This document shows positions 21,451-31,576 of a DNA stretch of 48,120 bases, piece by piece; positions within the stretch are counted from its first letter, which is position 1; each line of letters begins with the position of its first letter. Source of the stretch: Bacteroidia bacterium (lineage in GTDB: Bacteria > Bacteroidota > Bacteroidia > Bacteroidales > VadinHA17); NCBI GenBank assembly GCA_026391515.1, contig JAPLEC010000447.1, forward strand, positions 1-48,120, in the 5' to 3' direction. The translations under genes were made by a program, and so were the position numbers. Below the pieces are notes generated by a model. The model had not been told where the DNA came from and made no database searches. It was given only the letters and a program-made list of their open reading frames with translations.

Positions 21451-21465
21451 ATGAAGCGTTCTCAG

Positions 21466-22650
21466 TTATCTCTCATAATTTAACCTGATAACAGAAGTCT
21501 CTGGCAATAATCTCAGATTAACAAGGTCCAGGTTTTCGAGAAGTAAAAGCCCGGGCTTCATACCTGGTACAATTTTCCCAAAAATGTCATCTTTTCCGAG
21601 AGCCTTTGCCCCATTGATTGTTGCCCAGCGAACAAGAACTTCAAGAGGAATTGCCGGAAAATGCCGTTGAAGAGTTTTAAGCTCAGACAAGATACTCAGC
21701 TTTTTGTTCGAAGCCAGACTATCAGTTCCAATTACAATTTCGCAACCTTCGGAAATCAGCACTTCAACCGGAGGAACTTTTTTATCAATATACAAATTTG
21801 AATCAGGACAAAGACACCAGAAAGTATTTCCTCTTTTTTTAACTTCTTTAATAGTATTTCTGTCAGCAAAAGTATTATGGACAAGAATAAGATTACCCGA
21901 AGGAGTCACTTCATTTAGTATAGCAGTTAAATGATTTTCAGGCATTTCAGGATTTTTTGGTAATAATCCTGCTTCTTCATAAGACTTCCTGAGAGGACCG
22001 GAATGATTTGAAATGAATGATACTTCACTTTCAGTTTCCATAAAATGAATTGAAGTAACCCTGTTAGTCAGTGTTTTTTCCTTCAGAAGCCTGAACAGAG
22101 GCAATGATACTGAATAAACAGAGTGAGGTACCAGGAAATAAGGCAGGAGCATCTCGTCGGCCTTTTTTACCACGCTGATAATTTCCTCCATCCTGTGAAC
22201 GGCTTTTTCAGGGATTATTCCAAACACCTCGAGCATATTTAAATACTGAATCCTGCTCTTCTTCTTAATTTCGAAAGTATCAGTAGTATTACAGATGTCA
22301 GCACATAAGACTATTCCTTCATTATAAAGATCCCTGTCGGCAGAATGAGCGGAAGAAATTATGTCGTCAGGGTTTATATTTCTTACGTTTCGAACCTTCA
22401 TCAGAAAATCTCCAAGACCATTTCCTTCATCTATAACACCTTTAAGATGAGACAGTTCAAGATGGCTATGACAATTAACAAATCCGGGAATAATTATACC
22501 GTTATAAAATTCAATCGATTGATTTTCTTTAAGGGCACAATCATAATTCTCGACGCTTAAAATTGTCCCGTCATTATCGACTGATATTAAGCCTCTTTTA
22601 ATCGGAGGTCCTGAATTTGTATAAATAAATTGGGCTGAAAAACGTTTCAT
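21466..22650 (-). CDS. amidohydrolase superfamily protein (chlorohydrolase/deaminase-like)
   Basis: 394-aa ORF. Metal-binding HxH (FVNCHSHLELSHL), later LVHN and IGTDS motifs typical of the cytosine/guanine/MTA-deaminase branch. Substrate not assignable. Confidence 0.75.
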   Translation of the reverse strand: MKRFSAQFIYTNSGPPIKRGLISVDNDGTILSVENYDCALKENQSIEFYNGIIIPGFVNCHSHLELSHLKGVIDEGNGLGDFLMKVRNVRNINPDDIISSAHSADRDLYNEGIVLCADICNTTDTFEIKKKSRIQYLNMLEVFGIIPEKAVHRMEEIISVVKKADEMLLPYFLVPHSVYSVSLPLFRLLKEKTLTNRVTSIHFMETESEVSFISNHSGPLRKSYEEAGLLPKNPEMPENHLTAILNEVTPSGNLILVHNTFADRNTIKEVKKRGNTFWCLCPDSNLYIDKKVPPVEVLISEGCEIVIGTDSLASNKKLSILSELKTLQRHFPAIPLEVLVRWATINGAKALGKDDIFGKIVPGMKPGLLLLENLDLVNLRLLPETSVIRLNYER

Positions 22651-23453
22651 ACAGGCATAATCCCGGTAAATGAAAATGAAATATTTTCAATTCTGGCATG
22701 TTTTCCCCATTCATCCGGATTATTTTCATAATCATAAAACAAGCCATTAAAGTTGACAAGCCCGATTGATGGAGCTTTGCTTTTTATCGTGAAAGTATGC
22801 CGATGGCCATCTTTGATGTATTTAATTGGAGGTAAATAAATCCGTTTGCCGGTCTCAGCACTGTCAGCATTGCAGTACCAGGATGTAAAGGATGGATTGA
22901 ATGACTGATCATCCGGATATATTGTTACAGTAAAGGTCAGGGTATAAGTCCCCGGAGTAGAAATCGTATATTTGAAACCAGGTGGTTCTTTCAGAGTAGT
23001 ATCCGGCAGATAATAAGCTATATTCCCCATTGTCTTAACTGCTTTGCCTTCCATTTCACTTGTTATTTTTTTCTGAACGTCAGACTGTATTTCACTTAGA
23101 TTTTTAATGACCTGATCGTAGATCTTGATTAGTTTTTTAGGCTTGTTGATAAAGTAATAGTTTATTGTACTGTTCATTGTTTCATATGAATAGCCATAGC
23201 TCTCAATGATATCCAAATAGTTTGAAATGGAGTCCCTTTTTGAAAACATACTCCGTAACTCAGGAAGTGAAAGCAATCCGTCTGCTATATAAACATCAGT
23301 CAGAATTGAGACAAATGTTTTTTCCGGAATAAGACTACTATGATCTGATTTGTCTTTATTGTTACGGCATGATACGAACATGATAGCGATTGCTGTTACG
23401 GATATAAGAATTCTCACGAGTATAATATATCTTCTTTCAGGCTTATTTCTCAT
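22647..23453 (-). CDS. hypothetical lipoprotein
   Basis: 268-aa ORF with a signal peptide ending in a lipobox-like MFVSC. Overlaps both neighbours (11 nt and 4 nt), so it is likely co-translated in the operon. The N-terminal region (FVSILTDVYIADGL) resembles a Bacteroidota DUF seen beside FtsX-like permeases; this is from memory and unverified. Confidence 0.6.
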   Translation of the reverse strand: MRNKPERRYIILVRILISVTAIAIMFVSCRNNKDKSDHSSLIPEKTFVSILTDVYIADGLLSLPELRSMFSKRDSISNYLDIIESYGYSYETMNSTINYYFINKPKKLIKIYDQVIKNLSEIQSDVQKKITSEMEGKAVKTMGNIAYYLPDTTLKEPPGFKYTISTPGTYTLTFTVTIYPDDQSFNPSFTSWYCNADSAETGKRIYLPPIKYIKDGHRHTFTIKSKAPSIGLVNFNGLFYDYENNPDEWGKHARIENISFSFTGIMPV

Positions 23454-24669
23454 TTTTATTAAGGTATTTCTTTGTTAGAAACCTTACCGGGTACCAGGCA
23501 GCCCAGAAACCGATCATGAGGACTGTTGCCGGAACAATGATAAAATCAATAAATTTCATTACTACAGGATATGAATCCATAATAAGAGTATCGCTCTGCA
23601 ATTTTACAAAGCCATAAGTCTGCTGTAACCAGCACATGATAAAGCCAAGTATCAGACCTGCAAAAGCTCCTATTATGGATATAAGCCATCCTTCAAAAAT
23701 AAAAATTTTCCTGATAAGGTTATTATCTGCGCCAAGGCTCTTCAGTATTTCAACATCCCTTTCTTTTTCAATAATAAGCATTGTGAGCGAACCAACGATA
23801 TTAAACGACGCTATAATCAGGATCAGGGTGAGAATGAAGAAGATAGCGAGCCGTTCCGAACGCATTACTTTATAAAAAATTTCTTGTTGTTCAAATCTGT
23901 TCTGAACAAGGAATTCTTTACCGAATGTTTTTATAACCTTCTTCTGAACAGTGCGGGCATCAGCTTTCTCAGAAAATTTAATTTCAACAGAACTTACTCC
24001 ATTATCATTTTCAATCAGTTCACGGGCAAAGTCGATCGGTAAAAAGATATATTTTGAATCGTAAGTCTGTTCAACCTGAAAGATCCCTGAAGGGAAAATA
24101 TATTCGTGGTTGAAAGCTTCTTCAGGATTCAGAGTTGTGCCGGCACTTCTTTTGGGAACCCAGATAAATAACGGATTAACAAAATTTACTCTTATTCCAA
24201 GATAATTTGCGATTCCCACTCCAGGAATAGCAAATGGACGTCCTTTTTCGGATCTCAGAATAAATTCTCCTTCCCACAATGAACTGTCAATATTCGATAC
24301 TCTGGCATAATTGCCATCAACTCCTTTTATTGTTGCTATAACCTGCCTTTCGCCATATTTCAAAAGAGCATTTTCTTCAATAGTAAGTGAATAACATGAT
24401 ACACCGTCAATATTTTCAAGAAGCATTAATTTTGAAGAATCAGGGACAAATGTCTTTCCTTCAACAGCAGTAATTTTAAGATCGGGATCGAATGTATTAA
24501 AGATGGAAGTAACCAGCTTTTCAAGTCCATTAAATACTGATAGTACCACAATCAGAGCCATTGTCCCAACAGCAACACCGGCAACAGATACCGCTGAAAT
24601 AACATTAATTGCATTTCGCGATTTCTTTGCAAACAAATACCTTTTTGCTATGTACAACGAGAGCTTCAC
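23443..24669 (-). CDS. FtsX-family ABC permease, LolC/LolE-like
   Basis: 408-aa ORF. N-terminus MKLSLYIAKRYLFAKKSRNAINVISAVSVAGVAVGTMALIVVLSVFNG is typical of LolC/E. Large periplasmic domain followed by three C-terminal TM helices. Confidence 0.85.
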   Translation of the reverse strand: MKLSLYIAKRYLFAKKSRNAINVISAVSVAGVAVGTMALIVVLSVFNGLEKLVTSIFNTFDPDLKITAVEGKTFVPDSSKLMLLENIDGVSCYSLTIEENALLKYGERQVIATIKGVDGNYARVSNIDSSLWEGEFILRSEKGRPFAIPGVGIANYLGIRVNFVNPLFIWVPKRSAGTTLNPEEAFNHEYIFPSGIFQVEQTYDSKYIFLPIDFARELIENDNGVSSVEIKFSEKADARTVQKKVIKTFGKEFLVQNRFEQQEIFYKVMRSERLAIFFILTLILIIASFNIVGSLTMLIIEKERDVEILKSLGADNNLIRKIFIFEGWLISIIGAFAGLILGFIMCWLQQTYGFVKLQSDTLIMDSYPVVMKFIDFIIVPATVLMIGFWAAWYPVRFLTKKYLNKNEK

Positions 24670-24674
24670 TTAAA

Positions 24675-25484
24675 TTACTTTCTTGCAGTAACCAGCAACC
24701 CGGTCCCTGTTTTATGCGTTAAATAAAGATCAAAAATGTTAAGTATCATTGAAAAAGGTAAAACAATCACGTAATAAAACGGTAAAAGGATAAAAAACAG
24801 ATATGAGATGTTAAGCATTTTTACAGGATATTTCATTGTAAATTTCCAGGAAATGTTCCCCGGCTTTCCGTAAGTATATAATGCTTCAACTTTACTAAAA
24901 CCTGCACCAGTCATCTTTTCCGTAATATCCCTGATACTGTAGCCGTTCCTTACATGTTCATGGATAAATGACAGATCTTCATCAGAATGAACATCCGAAC
25001 CCCCCTTGTCGGAGGGAGTTGAAACCAGAAGGATACCATTATGTTTCAATGAGTTATTAAAATTTTTAAATACAATTTCATCTTCTTTGATATGCTCCAT
25101 AACATCAACAGAAAGAATCAGGTCATAACTTTCAGGGCTTACATAGGTAGCAAGATCAGCAGTTTTGAAAGCAACATTTTCAGACATGCCTGCCTTTCTG
25201 AAAAAAACGGAACACTCTTCAATTTGTTCAGCATTGATATCAACGGCAACTATTTTCCAGCTTTTATTCATCCGGCACATCCGCCAGGAATATTGACCAA
25301 ATCCGGAACCAGCGTCCAGCACACAAGCCTGATCAGGTATTTCAAGGCTTATTTTTCGCAAAGCTTTTTTAACATGCCACGTACGGAGGAGAAGAAGATC
25401 GAGAAGAAGATAAAGCAATTTTCTCATGAATAAAGGTCCCGAAAAAAACCTTCCCATCGATCTTTTAATAGGTTCATACTGCAT
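24675..25484 (-). CDS. class I SAM-dependent methyltransferase with C-terminal membrane segment
   Basis: Motif I VLDAGSGFGQY and post-I/II acidic residues (VAVDIN, DLILSVDVMEH). Hydrophobic C-terminus (ISYLFFILLPFYYVIVLPFSMIL). Confidence 0.8.
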   Translation of the reverse strand: MQYEPIKRSMGRFFSGPLFMRKLLYLLLDLLLLRTWHVKKALRKISLEIPDQACVLDAGSGFGQYSWRMCRMNKSWKIVAVDINAEQIEECSVFFRKAGMSENVAFKTADLATYVSPESYDLILSVDVMEHIKEDEIVFKNFNNSLKHNGILLVSTPSDKGGSDVHSDEDLSFIHEHVRNGYSIRDITEKMTGAGFSKVEALYTYGKPGNISWKFTMKYPVKMLNISYLFFILLPFYYVIVLPFSMILNIFDLYLTHKTGTGLLVTARK

Positions 25485-25489
25485 GTTAA

Positions 25490-25837
25490 TCAGGATTTCA
25501 GCAGCTTATCTATTTTTTCAATATAGTCAAGACTATCATCAATAAAAAAAGCAATTTCAGGAACGATGCGAAGCTGTGATCTTACCTTGTGACCAAGATC
25601 AAATCTTATTTTGTGAGCATGATTCTGCACTGTATACAGTATATCACTGTAATTAGCTGAGGGGAAAATGCTTATATATATTTTTGCATAAGAGAGATCG
25701 GGACTGACCCTTACTTTGGTTATTGAAATCATTTTCCCGGGAGCATATTCATTGCCCTTGCGGAGAAATATACCGGCAACTTCTTTCTGAATCAGCTTTG
25801 CTACCTTTTTCTGTCTTGTCGATTCCGTTGATTCCAC
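25490..25837 (-). CDS. rbfA: ribosome-binding factor A
   Basis: 115-aa ORF. RQKKVAKLIQKEVAGIF ... ITKVRVSPDLSYAKIYIS is the RbfA KH-like signature. Confidence 0.9.
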   Translation of the reverse strand: MESTESTRQKKVAKLIQKEVAGIFLRKGNEYAPGKMISITKVRVSPDLSYAKIYISIFPSANYSDILYTVQNHAHKIRFDLGHKVRSQLRIVPEIAFFIDDSLDYIEKIDKLLKS

Positions 25838-25898
25838 AGCTATCTTGTTTTTGATCTGGCAAAGGTACTATTTTCCGAGGAAAATACCTCTCCCTAAA

Positions 25899-25981
25899 TC
25901 CCTCCCCCAAGAGGGAGGGACTTAATGAATCTCATTTTTGATATTCAAAAATAACTTCCCCCGCTCTCCTGGGAGCGGGGG
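25899..25981. repeat. Two GC-rich hairpins in the rbfA/trpS divergent region
   Basis: tccctccc ccaaga gggaggga (25899-25920) and cccccgctc tcctgg gagcggggg (25958-25981), seen directly, separated by AT-rich sequence. Confidence 0.75.
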
Positions 25982-26062
25982 ACAGGAGGGGGTGAGGCAG
26001 ATGGAAATAAATAGCGTACATTCCTAAAAAACTTTTAGCTTTACAGGACTTATTTTTATTAT

Positions 26063-27052
26063 ATGGAGACAGTAGTCAGCGGCATACGATCAACAGGTAA
26101 CCTGCACCTGGGAAATTATTTTGGTGCATTGAAAAACTTTCTGAAAATGCAGAAGGAGAATAATTGCTTTTTCTTTATTGCTGATTATCATTCCCTTACA
26201 ACACATCCAAAACCTGATGACCTCCATGGAAACATAAAACAGATTCTTGCAGAATATCTCGCCTGCGGGATTGATCCGGAAATTGCTACCGTCTTTGTAC
26301 AAAGTGATGTCCCGGAAGTAACTGAATTATACCTCCTGTTAAACATGAATGCCTATGTGGGAGAGCTTGAAAGGACAACATCTTTCAAAGAACAAATCCG
26401 AAAACAACCGGATAATATAAATGCAGGTCTATTGACTTATCCCGTTCTGATGGCTGCAGATATAATTATACATAAAGCCAATAAAGTGCCAGTCGGAAAG
26501 GATCAGGAACAGCACCTTGAAATGACCAGGCGATTTGCAAGACGTTTTAATACACTTTATGAGGTGGATTATTTTCCTGAACCTGAGGCTTATAATTTTG
26601 GAAAAAAACTACTCAAGATACCCGGACTTGACGGCACAGGAAAAATGGGAAAGAGCGAAGGAAACGGCATTTTTCTGGCCGATAGCCCCCAGGAAATAAG
26701 AAAAAAAGTGATGCGGGCAGTTACTGATGCAGGTCCACAAAAGCCTGGTGAAAAACCTTCTGAACCGGTGCAGAACCTCTTTACAATAATGAATGTTGTT
26801 TCGGATCCCTCTACTGTTAAATATTTCACAGAAAAACATGCTTCATGCGAAATACGCTATGGCGATATGAAAAAGCAGCTTGCAGAAGATATAATTAAGG
26901 TTACTGACCCGATAAGGGAAAAGATTAACCTGATTCTTTCTGATAAAAAATACCTTGCAAAAGTAGTATCCTATGGGGCAGAAAAAGCCATAGCCAGCGC
27001 TTCAAAAACTATTCGTGACGTAAGGGAAATAATCGGGTATAAGTCATTCTGA
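26063..27052 (+). CDS. trpS: tryptophan--tRNA ligase
   Basis: 329-aa class I aaRS. GNLHLGNYFGAL (HIGH region), KMGKSEGN (KMSKS), VGKDQEQHLE. Confidence 0.95.
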   Translation: METVVSGIRSTGNLHLGNYFGALKNFLKMQKENNCFFFIADYHSLTTHPKPDDLHGNIKQILAEYLACGIDPEIATVFVQSDVPEVTELYLLLNMNAYVGELERTTSFKEQIRKQPDNINAGLLTYPVLMAADIIIHKANKVPVGKDQEQHLEMTRRFARRFNTLYEVDYFPEPEAYNFGKKLLKIPGLDGTGKMGKSEGNGIFLADSPQEIRKKVMRAVTDAGPQKPGEKPSEPVQNLFTIMNVVSDPSTVKYFTEKHASCEIRYGDMKKQLAEDIIKVTDPIREKINLILSDKKYLAKVVSYGAEKAIASASKTIRDVREIIGYKSF

Positions 27053-27065
27053 CATAATAAAAGAA

Positions 27066-27086
27066 AGCCAGGCTTTTGACCTGGCT
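27066..27086 (+). terminator. Hairpin 14 nt downstream of trpS (possible terminator, no U-tract)
   Basis: agccagg cttttga cctggct, a 7-bp stem. Confidence 0.4.
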
Positions 27087-27274
27087 GAACTTGAAGAATC
27101 AAGTATATGATTGAGATTGCCTGTGTACTGACATAAAATCAAATAATATGCCAAAAATTATCCCTGTTAATAATTTTATCCTTTTTCAGGGAAAAACCAC
27201 CCGGATAAATGCTTATTTTAGCTAATATTATGTAAATTTAATGATCTGTAAATGACGGCATTAAATATTTTTCT

Positions 27275-28861
27275 ATGAAAAATAAAGAATTATATATGCA
27301 AAACATCACTAATCGTAAAAATGTAACAAATGTTACAAGACGTGGTTTTATATCTGTATGTTCAGCATGCGCAGCCTGTATGGCATTAAGGCCAATTTCC
27401 TTCATTAATCCTTCAGATTCTTCCGGGAAGGCTTTATCGAAGGTGAGAATACGAATTCTTTACTCACTTCATGGACCTGTTCAGACAAAACCCGACTGGC
27501 CAAATATAGGATTTGATTTTAATCCGGCAATGGAGAAAATAAATACCACCCTGGAGAAAAATTTTCCGGATTATGAATTTATTCCGGTAATGGCAACAGG
27601 AGAGGAGGATGCTAAGAAAATAGTCGAACAGGATGCTGCTGAAAATATTGACGGATATCTGGTGTACCAGATGAATTGCTGGAACAGTGTTGTACAAACA
27701 ATAGTTAAAACTGGGAAACCGGTGATTTATGCTGATTTTCAATTCGGAGGGAGTGGTGGTTTTCTTGTTTATACCGCCTCTTTTTTAGGCACTAAAACAC
27801 CTAATCTGGGATTTGTAGCTTCATCGCGCATGGAAGATCTTATTGTTGCTGTCAGCTGCTTTAGCATAGTAAAAAACGGAGGATCAGTTGCCGATTTTGT
27901 AACAGCAACTGAAAAAGCGCGCCTGGATTCAACTCCTGCTGCAGGACATTACTCTGTAAATTCAAATAAGATAAAATCGTTATCTCCCCGGGAGTGCACA
28001 AGTCTGTTGAGCAATTCGAAAATTCTGGCAGTAAGGGACCAGACAGCTAAAGTTGCTGATCGTGTCATGGATATTCCTGTTGAATATATTCCATTCTCAG
28101 AAATAAATGATGCATGGAGCAAAGCCGATAAGGATGAATCAGATGAAATAGCCAGGAAATGGCAAAAATCTGCGCTGGAAGTAGTTGATGTAAACTACGA
28201 AACATTGCTTACATCGGCTGCTATGTATCTGGGTATGAAGAATGTAATGAAGAATCACAATGCAAAAGCGATAACAGTTAACTGTCTGGGTGGATTTTAT
28301 GGAGGCCATATACACGCTTATCCGTGTCTTGGTTTTCATGAACTATGCAACGAGGGACTTGTTGGTGGTTGTGAATGTGATGTAAATTCCACTGCAACCA
28401 TGCTTGCATTTTCAACGATGACTGGCGGAAGACCGGGATTTATATCTGATCCTGTAATTGACACTTCCAAAAGGCAAATAATATATGCCCATTGCGTAGC
28501 TTCAAACAAAGTCTTTGGTCCCACGGGAAAAGCAAATCCATTCAGAATCATGACTCATTCTGAAGACAGAAATGGAGCTTCTGTTCAATCGATTCTGCCG
28601 AAGAACTATATGACAACAACCCTCGAAATCAGCCCATCGCGTAAAGAGATATTATTTCACCAGGCAGTATCGCTGGGCAACGATCCGGACGACAGAGCAT
28701 GCAGAACAAAATTATGTGCCGAACCGGTAGGCGATCTGGAAAAACTATTTAGAATGTGGAATAAATGGGGCTGGCACAGGGTTACATTTTACGGTGACCT
28801 GAAAGATCCGGTTAATGCATTTGCTGAAGCAATCGGTTGGAAAGTGATTGAAGAAGCTTAG
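27275..28861 (+). CDS. Tat-signal protein with sugar (fucose/arabinose) isomerase-like core
   Basis: 528-aa ORF. The N-terminus carries a twin-arginine motif TRRGFIS followed by a hydrophobic Cys-rich h-region. A later segment (AITVNCLGG ... GGCECDVNSTATMLAFSTMTGGRPGFISDP ... HCV) resembles the catalytic-domain pattern of COG2407-type isomerases, from memory. Confidence 0.45.
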   Translation: MKNKELYMQNITNRKNVTNVTRRGFISVCSACAACMALRPISFINPSDSSGKALSKVRIRILYSLHGPVQTKPDWPNIGFDFNPAMEKINTTLEKNFPDYEFIPVMATGEEDAKKIVEQDAAENIDGYLVYQMNCWNSVVQTIVKTGKPVIYADFQFGGSGGFLVYTASFLGTKTPNLGFVASSRMEDLIVAVSCFSIVKNGGSVADFVTATEKARLDSTPAAGHYSVNSNKIKSLSPRECTSLLSNSKILAVRDQTAKVADRVMDIPVEYIPFSEINDAWSKADKDESDEIARKWQKSALEVVDVNYETLLTSAAMYLGMKNVMKNHNAKAITVNCLGGFYGGHIHAYPCLGFHELCNEGLVGGCECDVNSTATMLAFSTMTGGRPGFISDPVIDTSKRQIIYAHCVASNKVFGPTGKANPFRIMTHSEDRNGASVQSILPKNYMTTTLEISPSRKEILFHQAVSLGNDPDDRACRTKLCAEPVGDLEKLFRMWNKWGWHRVTFYGDLKDPVNAFAEAIGWKVIEEA

Positions 28862-28889
28862 ATACACATCATAAATTAACGCTCCTGCC

Positions 28890-31568
28890 GTGAGAAAACG
28901 GATCGCAATTATTTTAGCAATATTTTTACTCTTCGGTCTTGCAGTGCTTGGTTATTTTCTTCAGCAGGGCAGAAGAGTTCTGCAGACTGATCCTTACAAA
29001 GCAATTTCTCCTGACGCATGTATTATTATTGAAACTATTGATTTACAGAGTTTCATCAATTCGCTGACAACAGGAAAAGGTTTGCCTGGAGAAGCCGGGA
29101 AGATAAAAGAATTTGAGATCCTTAATAAAAAAACAAGATTTCTGGCAGATCAGCTGAATAAAACAGGATATAAAAAAATAATTAGCGGGAGTCATGCCAT
29201 CATTTCATTTAGTTTATCAACAGATCGAAAGCTGCAATCCATACTTTCTATGGCTGTTTCTTCAGAAATCAGGTTAAAGCAGCTCAAAGAAATGCTTAAG
29301 CTTGCAGGAATCAAAACAATAAATGAAAAAAGTGTTTACGGCAAAAGTGTCATTGAACTCCCATATATACTTGATAACCAGAAAGGAACAGTGTTTGTTT
29401 CTATTATTAGCGGATTGTTTATCTGCGCTTCTTCGGAAGAAATGATGAAAAATGCCATTGCTCAGACAACCCGTGAAAGTGATATTAGAAACCTCCCGGG
29501 TTTTTCAAGAATTTTACAGGCATCGGGGAAAAATGAAGATAAGATATTTGTGATCTTCAGTAATCTGCCTCCTCTGTTCAGGTCTGCTTTCAGACAGGAA
29601 TATGCTACATCAACTCAAAAAATCGGCAATCTTGCAGGATGTGCAGGCGCAGATATCTATCTCAACGAAAATGGCCTGGTGATGAGCGGCTACACTGAAA
29701 GTCTTAATCCAAAAGAATTCTTTTATAAATACAAATCGGGAACACCGGGATTATTTCATACATACAAAATACTTCCATCAGCCACAGTGCTTTTTGAATC
29801 AATTTTACTAAACGCAGCACCACGAGCAAAGCAGCCAACAGGGACTAAGGCAGCAGATCTTGCAAATAAGCTGCGTGAATATACAGGTGAAGAGGTGACC
29901 AAAGCGTATATTGATATTAAGGGAAGATCTGTCGAACAGAATACCCTTATGATTTATGAACTTAAAAACCGTGTATATGCTGAAAAAATATTTATTGACG
30001 AGTTCGGTCCGGAGATTAATAAAGACAATATTTTCTTTTTTCAACCTGACGAACAGATAAAAATATCTATCTATTTAACACATTATAAAGGTTTTGCATC
30101 AGCCATGCTCCCGGGTTTTATTCAGGATTTCGACGATTCCTATTTTGCCTTTTATGACAATTTCCTGATAACCGGCAATTCATATATTACCATTTCAAGG
30201 CTTTTATATGATAACCTGTTAAATAAAACTCTTGCAAACGATTTGACTTACAGGGATTTTGAGAGCTCTCTTCCAAGCATTGCCGGATATTTCTTCTATT
30301 GTGTACCATCGCGAATTATTGATTATCTCGCTTGCTATTTCAACGAGAATATTATTAACACCCTGAGGTCAAATAAAAATTCCCTGAATAAAATTCAGGC
30401 AGCCGGGTATCAGTTCATATCAAGTAATGATATGATATATAATAGTTTATCTATAAGGTTCAAAGAGGAAGCAAGAGAAGAATCAAAGACTGAATGGGAA
30501 ACATTATTAGATACTGTTGCAGCTGTTAAGCCGTTCTTTTTTACAAATCATATTACAGGTGCCAGGGAGATTTTCATTCAGGATTTGAAAAACAATGCGT
30601 ACCTGATAAACGCTGCAGGAAGGATACTCTGGAAGGTGCCTCTGGGGGAGCGGATAACAGGAACAATTTATATGATTGATTATTTCAGAAACGGTAAATA
30701 CCAGTTGCTTTTTTCCGGAAAGAAATACCTTCATCTTCTTGACAGGAATGGAAATTATGTAGAAAGATACCCGGTAAAACTAAGATCTCCTGCAACAAAT
30801 TCTCTTGCTCTTTTTGATTATGATAATAACCGCAATTACAGGATTCTTATTGCCGGAGAAGATAAAATGATTTATGCTTATGATAAAACCGGAAGCTTGG
30901 TTAAGGGATGGAAATCTTTCAGAACCAATGGTTATGTTAATTCGGAAATCAATTGGTTCAGGGTTTCCGGGAAAGATTACCTTGTCATTTCCGATGAAAC
31001 ATCATTATATTTTATCGATCGTTCCGGCAATCCACGACTAACGCTTAAAGAGCCGGTAACAAAAGCAAAAGGATCTTCCATCAGGTTAATTTCCGGGACT
31101 CCTCCGTCGGTAGTATGCACAGCCCCTGATGGTACAATTCAGCATATTTATTTTGACGGAAATGTGAAAAAATTCACATTAAGGGTGTTTTCCAGTGACC
31201 ATTTGTTCGATATTTTTGACGTAAATGGAGATGGTTATGGCGAATATATTTTTATTGACAAAGGTATATTGTATCTTTATAATCATAATAGTACAGAAAT
31301 ATTTAAAAGGGAATTCAGTTCAGATGAACTGGGTGGTCCTATAAATTTTGTCTTTTCATCATCCGACATGAAAATCGGAGTTTTTGACATTAAGAAAAAT
31401 CTCATATATCTGATAGACAGAAACGGAGACACTATGAATGGATTTCCATTAAGAGGAGCCTCGATGTTCTCAATCGGGAAATTGTCGGAAAAAAGCGGTT
31501 GGAATCTGATAGTCGGAGGAACCGACAGGTTTTTGTATAATTATAAGCTGGATACCGAAACTAAATAG
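28890..31568 (+). CDS. large N-terminally membrane-anchored protein with C-terminal beta-propeller-like repeats
   Basis: 892-aa ORF with a GTG start and an N-terminal TM helix (IAIILAIFLLFGLAVLGYF). The C-terminal 350 aa contain recurring blades of the form h-h-D-x-x-G-x-x-x-x-G(W/F)P (LINAAGRILWKVPL, LLDRNGNYVERYPVKL, AYDKTGSLVKGWKSF, FIDRSGNPRLTL, LIDRNGDTMNGFPLR). Confidence 0.6.
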   Translation: MRKRIAIILAIFLLFGLAVLGYFLQQGRRVLQTDPYKAISPDACIIIETIDLQSFINSLTTGKGLPGEAGKIKEFEILNKKTRFLADQLNKTGYKKIISGSHAIISFSLSTDRKLQSILSMAVSSEIRLKQLKEMLKLAGIKTINEKSVYGKSVIELPYILDNQKGTVFVSIISGLFICASSEEMMKNAIAQTTRESDIRNLPGFSRILQASGKNEDKIFVIFSNLPPLFRSAFRQEYATSTQKIGNLAGCAGADIYLNENGLVMSGYTESLNPKEFFYKYKSGTPGLFHTYKILPSATVLFESILLNAAPRAKQPTGTKAADLANKLREYTGEEVTKAYIDIKGRSVEQNTLMIYELKNRVYAEKIFIDEFGPEINKDNIFFFQPDEQIKISIYLTHYKGFASAMLPGFIQDFDDSYFAFYDNFLITGNSYITISRLLYDNLLNKTLANDLTYRDFESSLPSIAGYFFYCVPSRIIDYLACYFNENIINTLRSNKNSLNKIQAAGYQFISSNDMIYNSLSIRFKEEAREESKTEWETLLDTVAAVKPFFFTNHITGAREIFIQDLKNNAYLINAAGRILWKVPLGERITGTIYMIDYFRNGKYQLLFSGKKYLHLLDRNGNYVERYPVKLRSPATNSLALFDYDNNRNYRILIAGEDKMIYAYDKTGSLVKGWKSFRTNGYVNSEINWFRVSGKDYLVISDETSLYFIDRSGNPRLTLKEPVTKAKGSSIRLISGTPPSVVCTAPDGTIQHIYFDGNVKKFTLRVFSSDHLFDIFDVNGDGYGEYIFIDKGILYLYNHNSTEIFKREFSSDELGGPINFVFSSSDMKIGVFDIKKNLIYLIDRNGDTMNGFPLRGASMFSIGKLSEKSGWNLIVGGTDRFLYNYKLDTETK

Positions 31569-31576
31569 ATCAAATT

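Noticed and set aside
24985-25015. ccccccttgtcggaggg inside the methyltransferase gene, considered as another intragenic GC element.
   Set aside because: It is short, lacks a matching inverted arm, and encodes PSDKGG within a normally spaced part of the Rossmann fold. It is probably native coding sequence.
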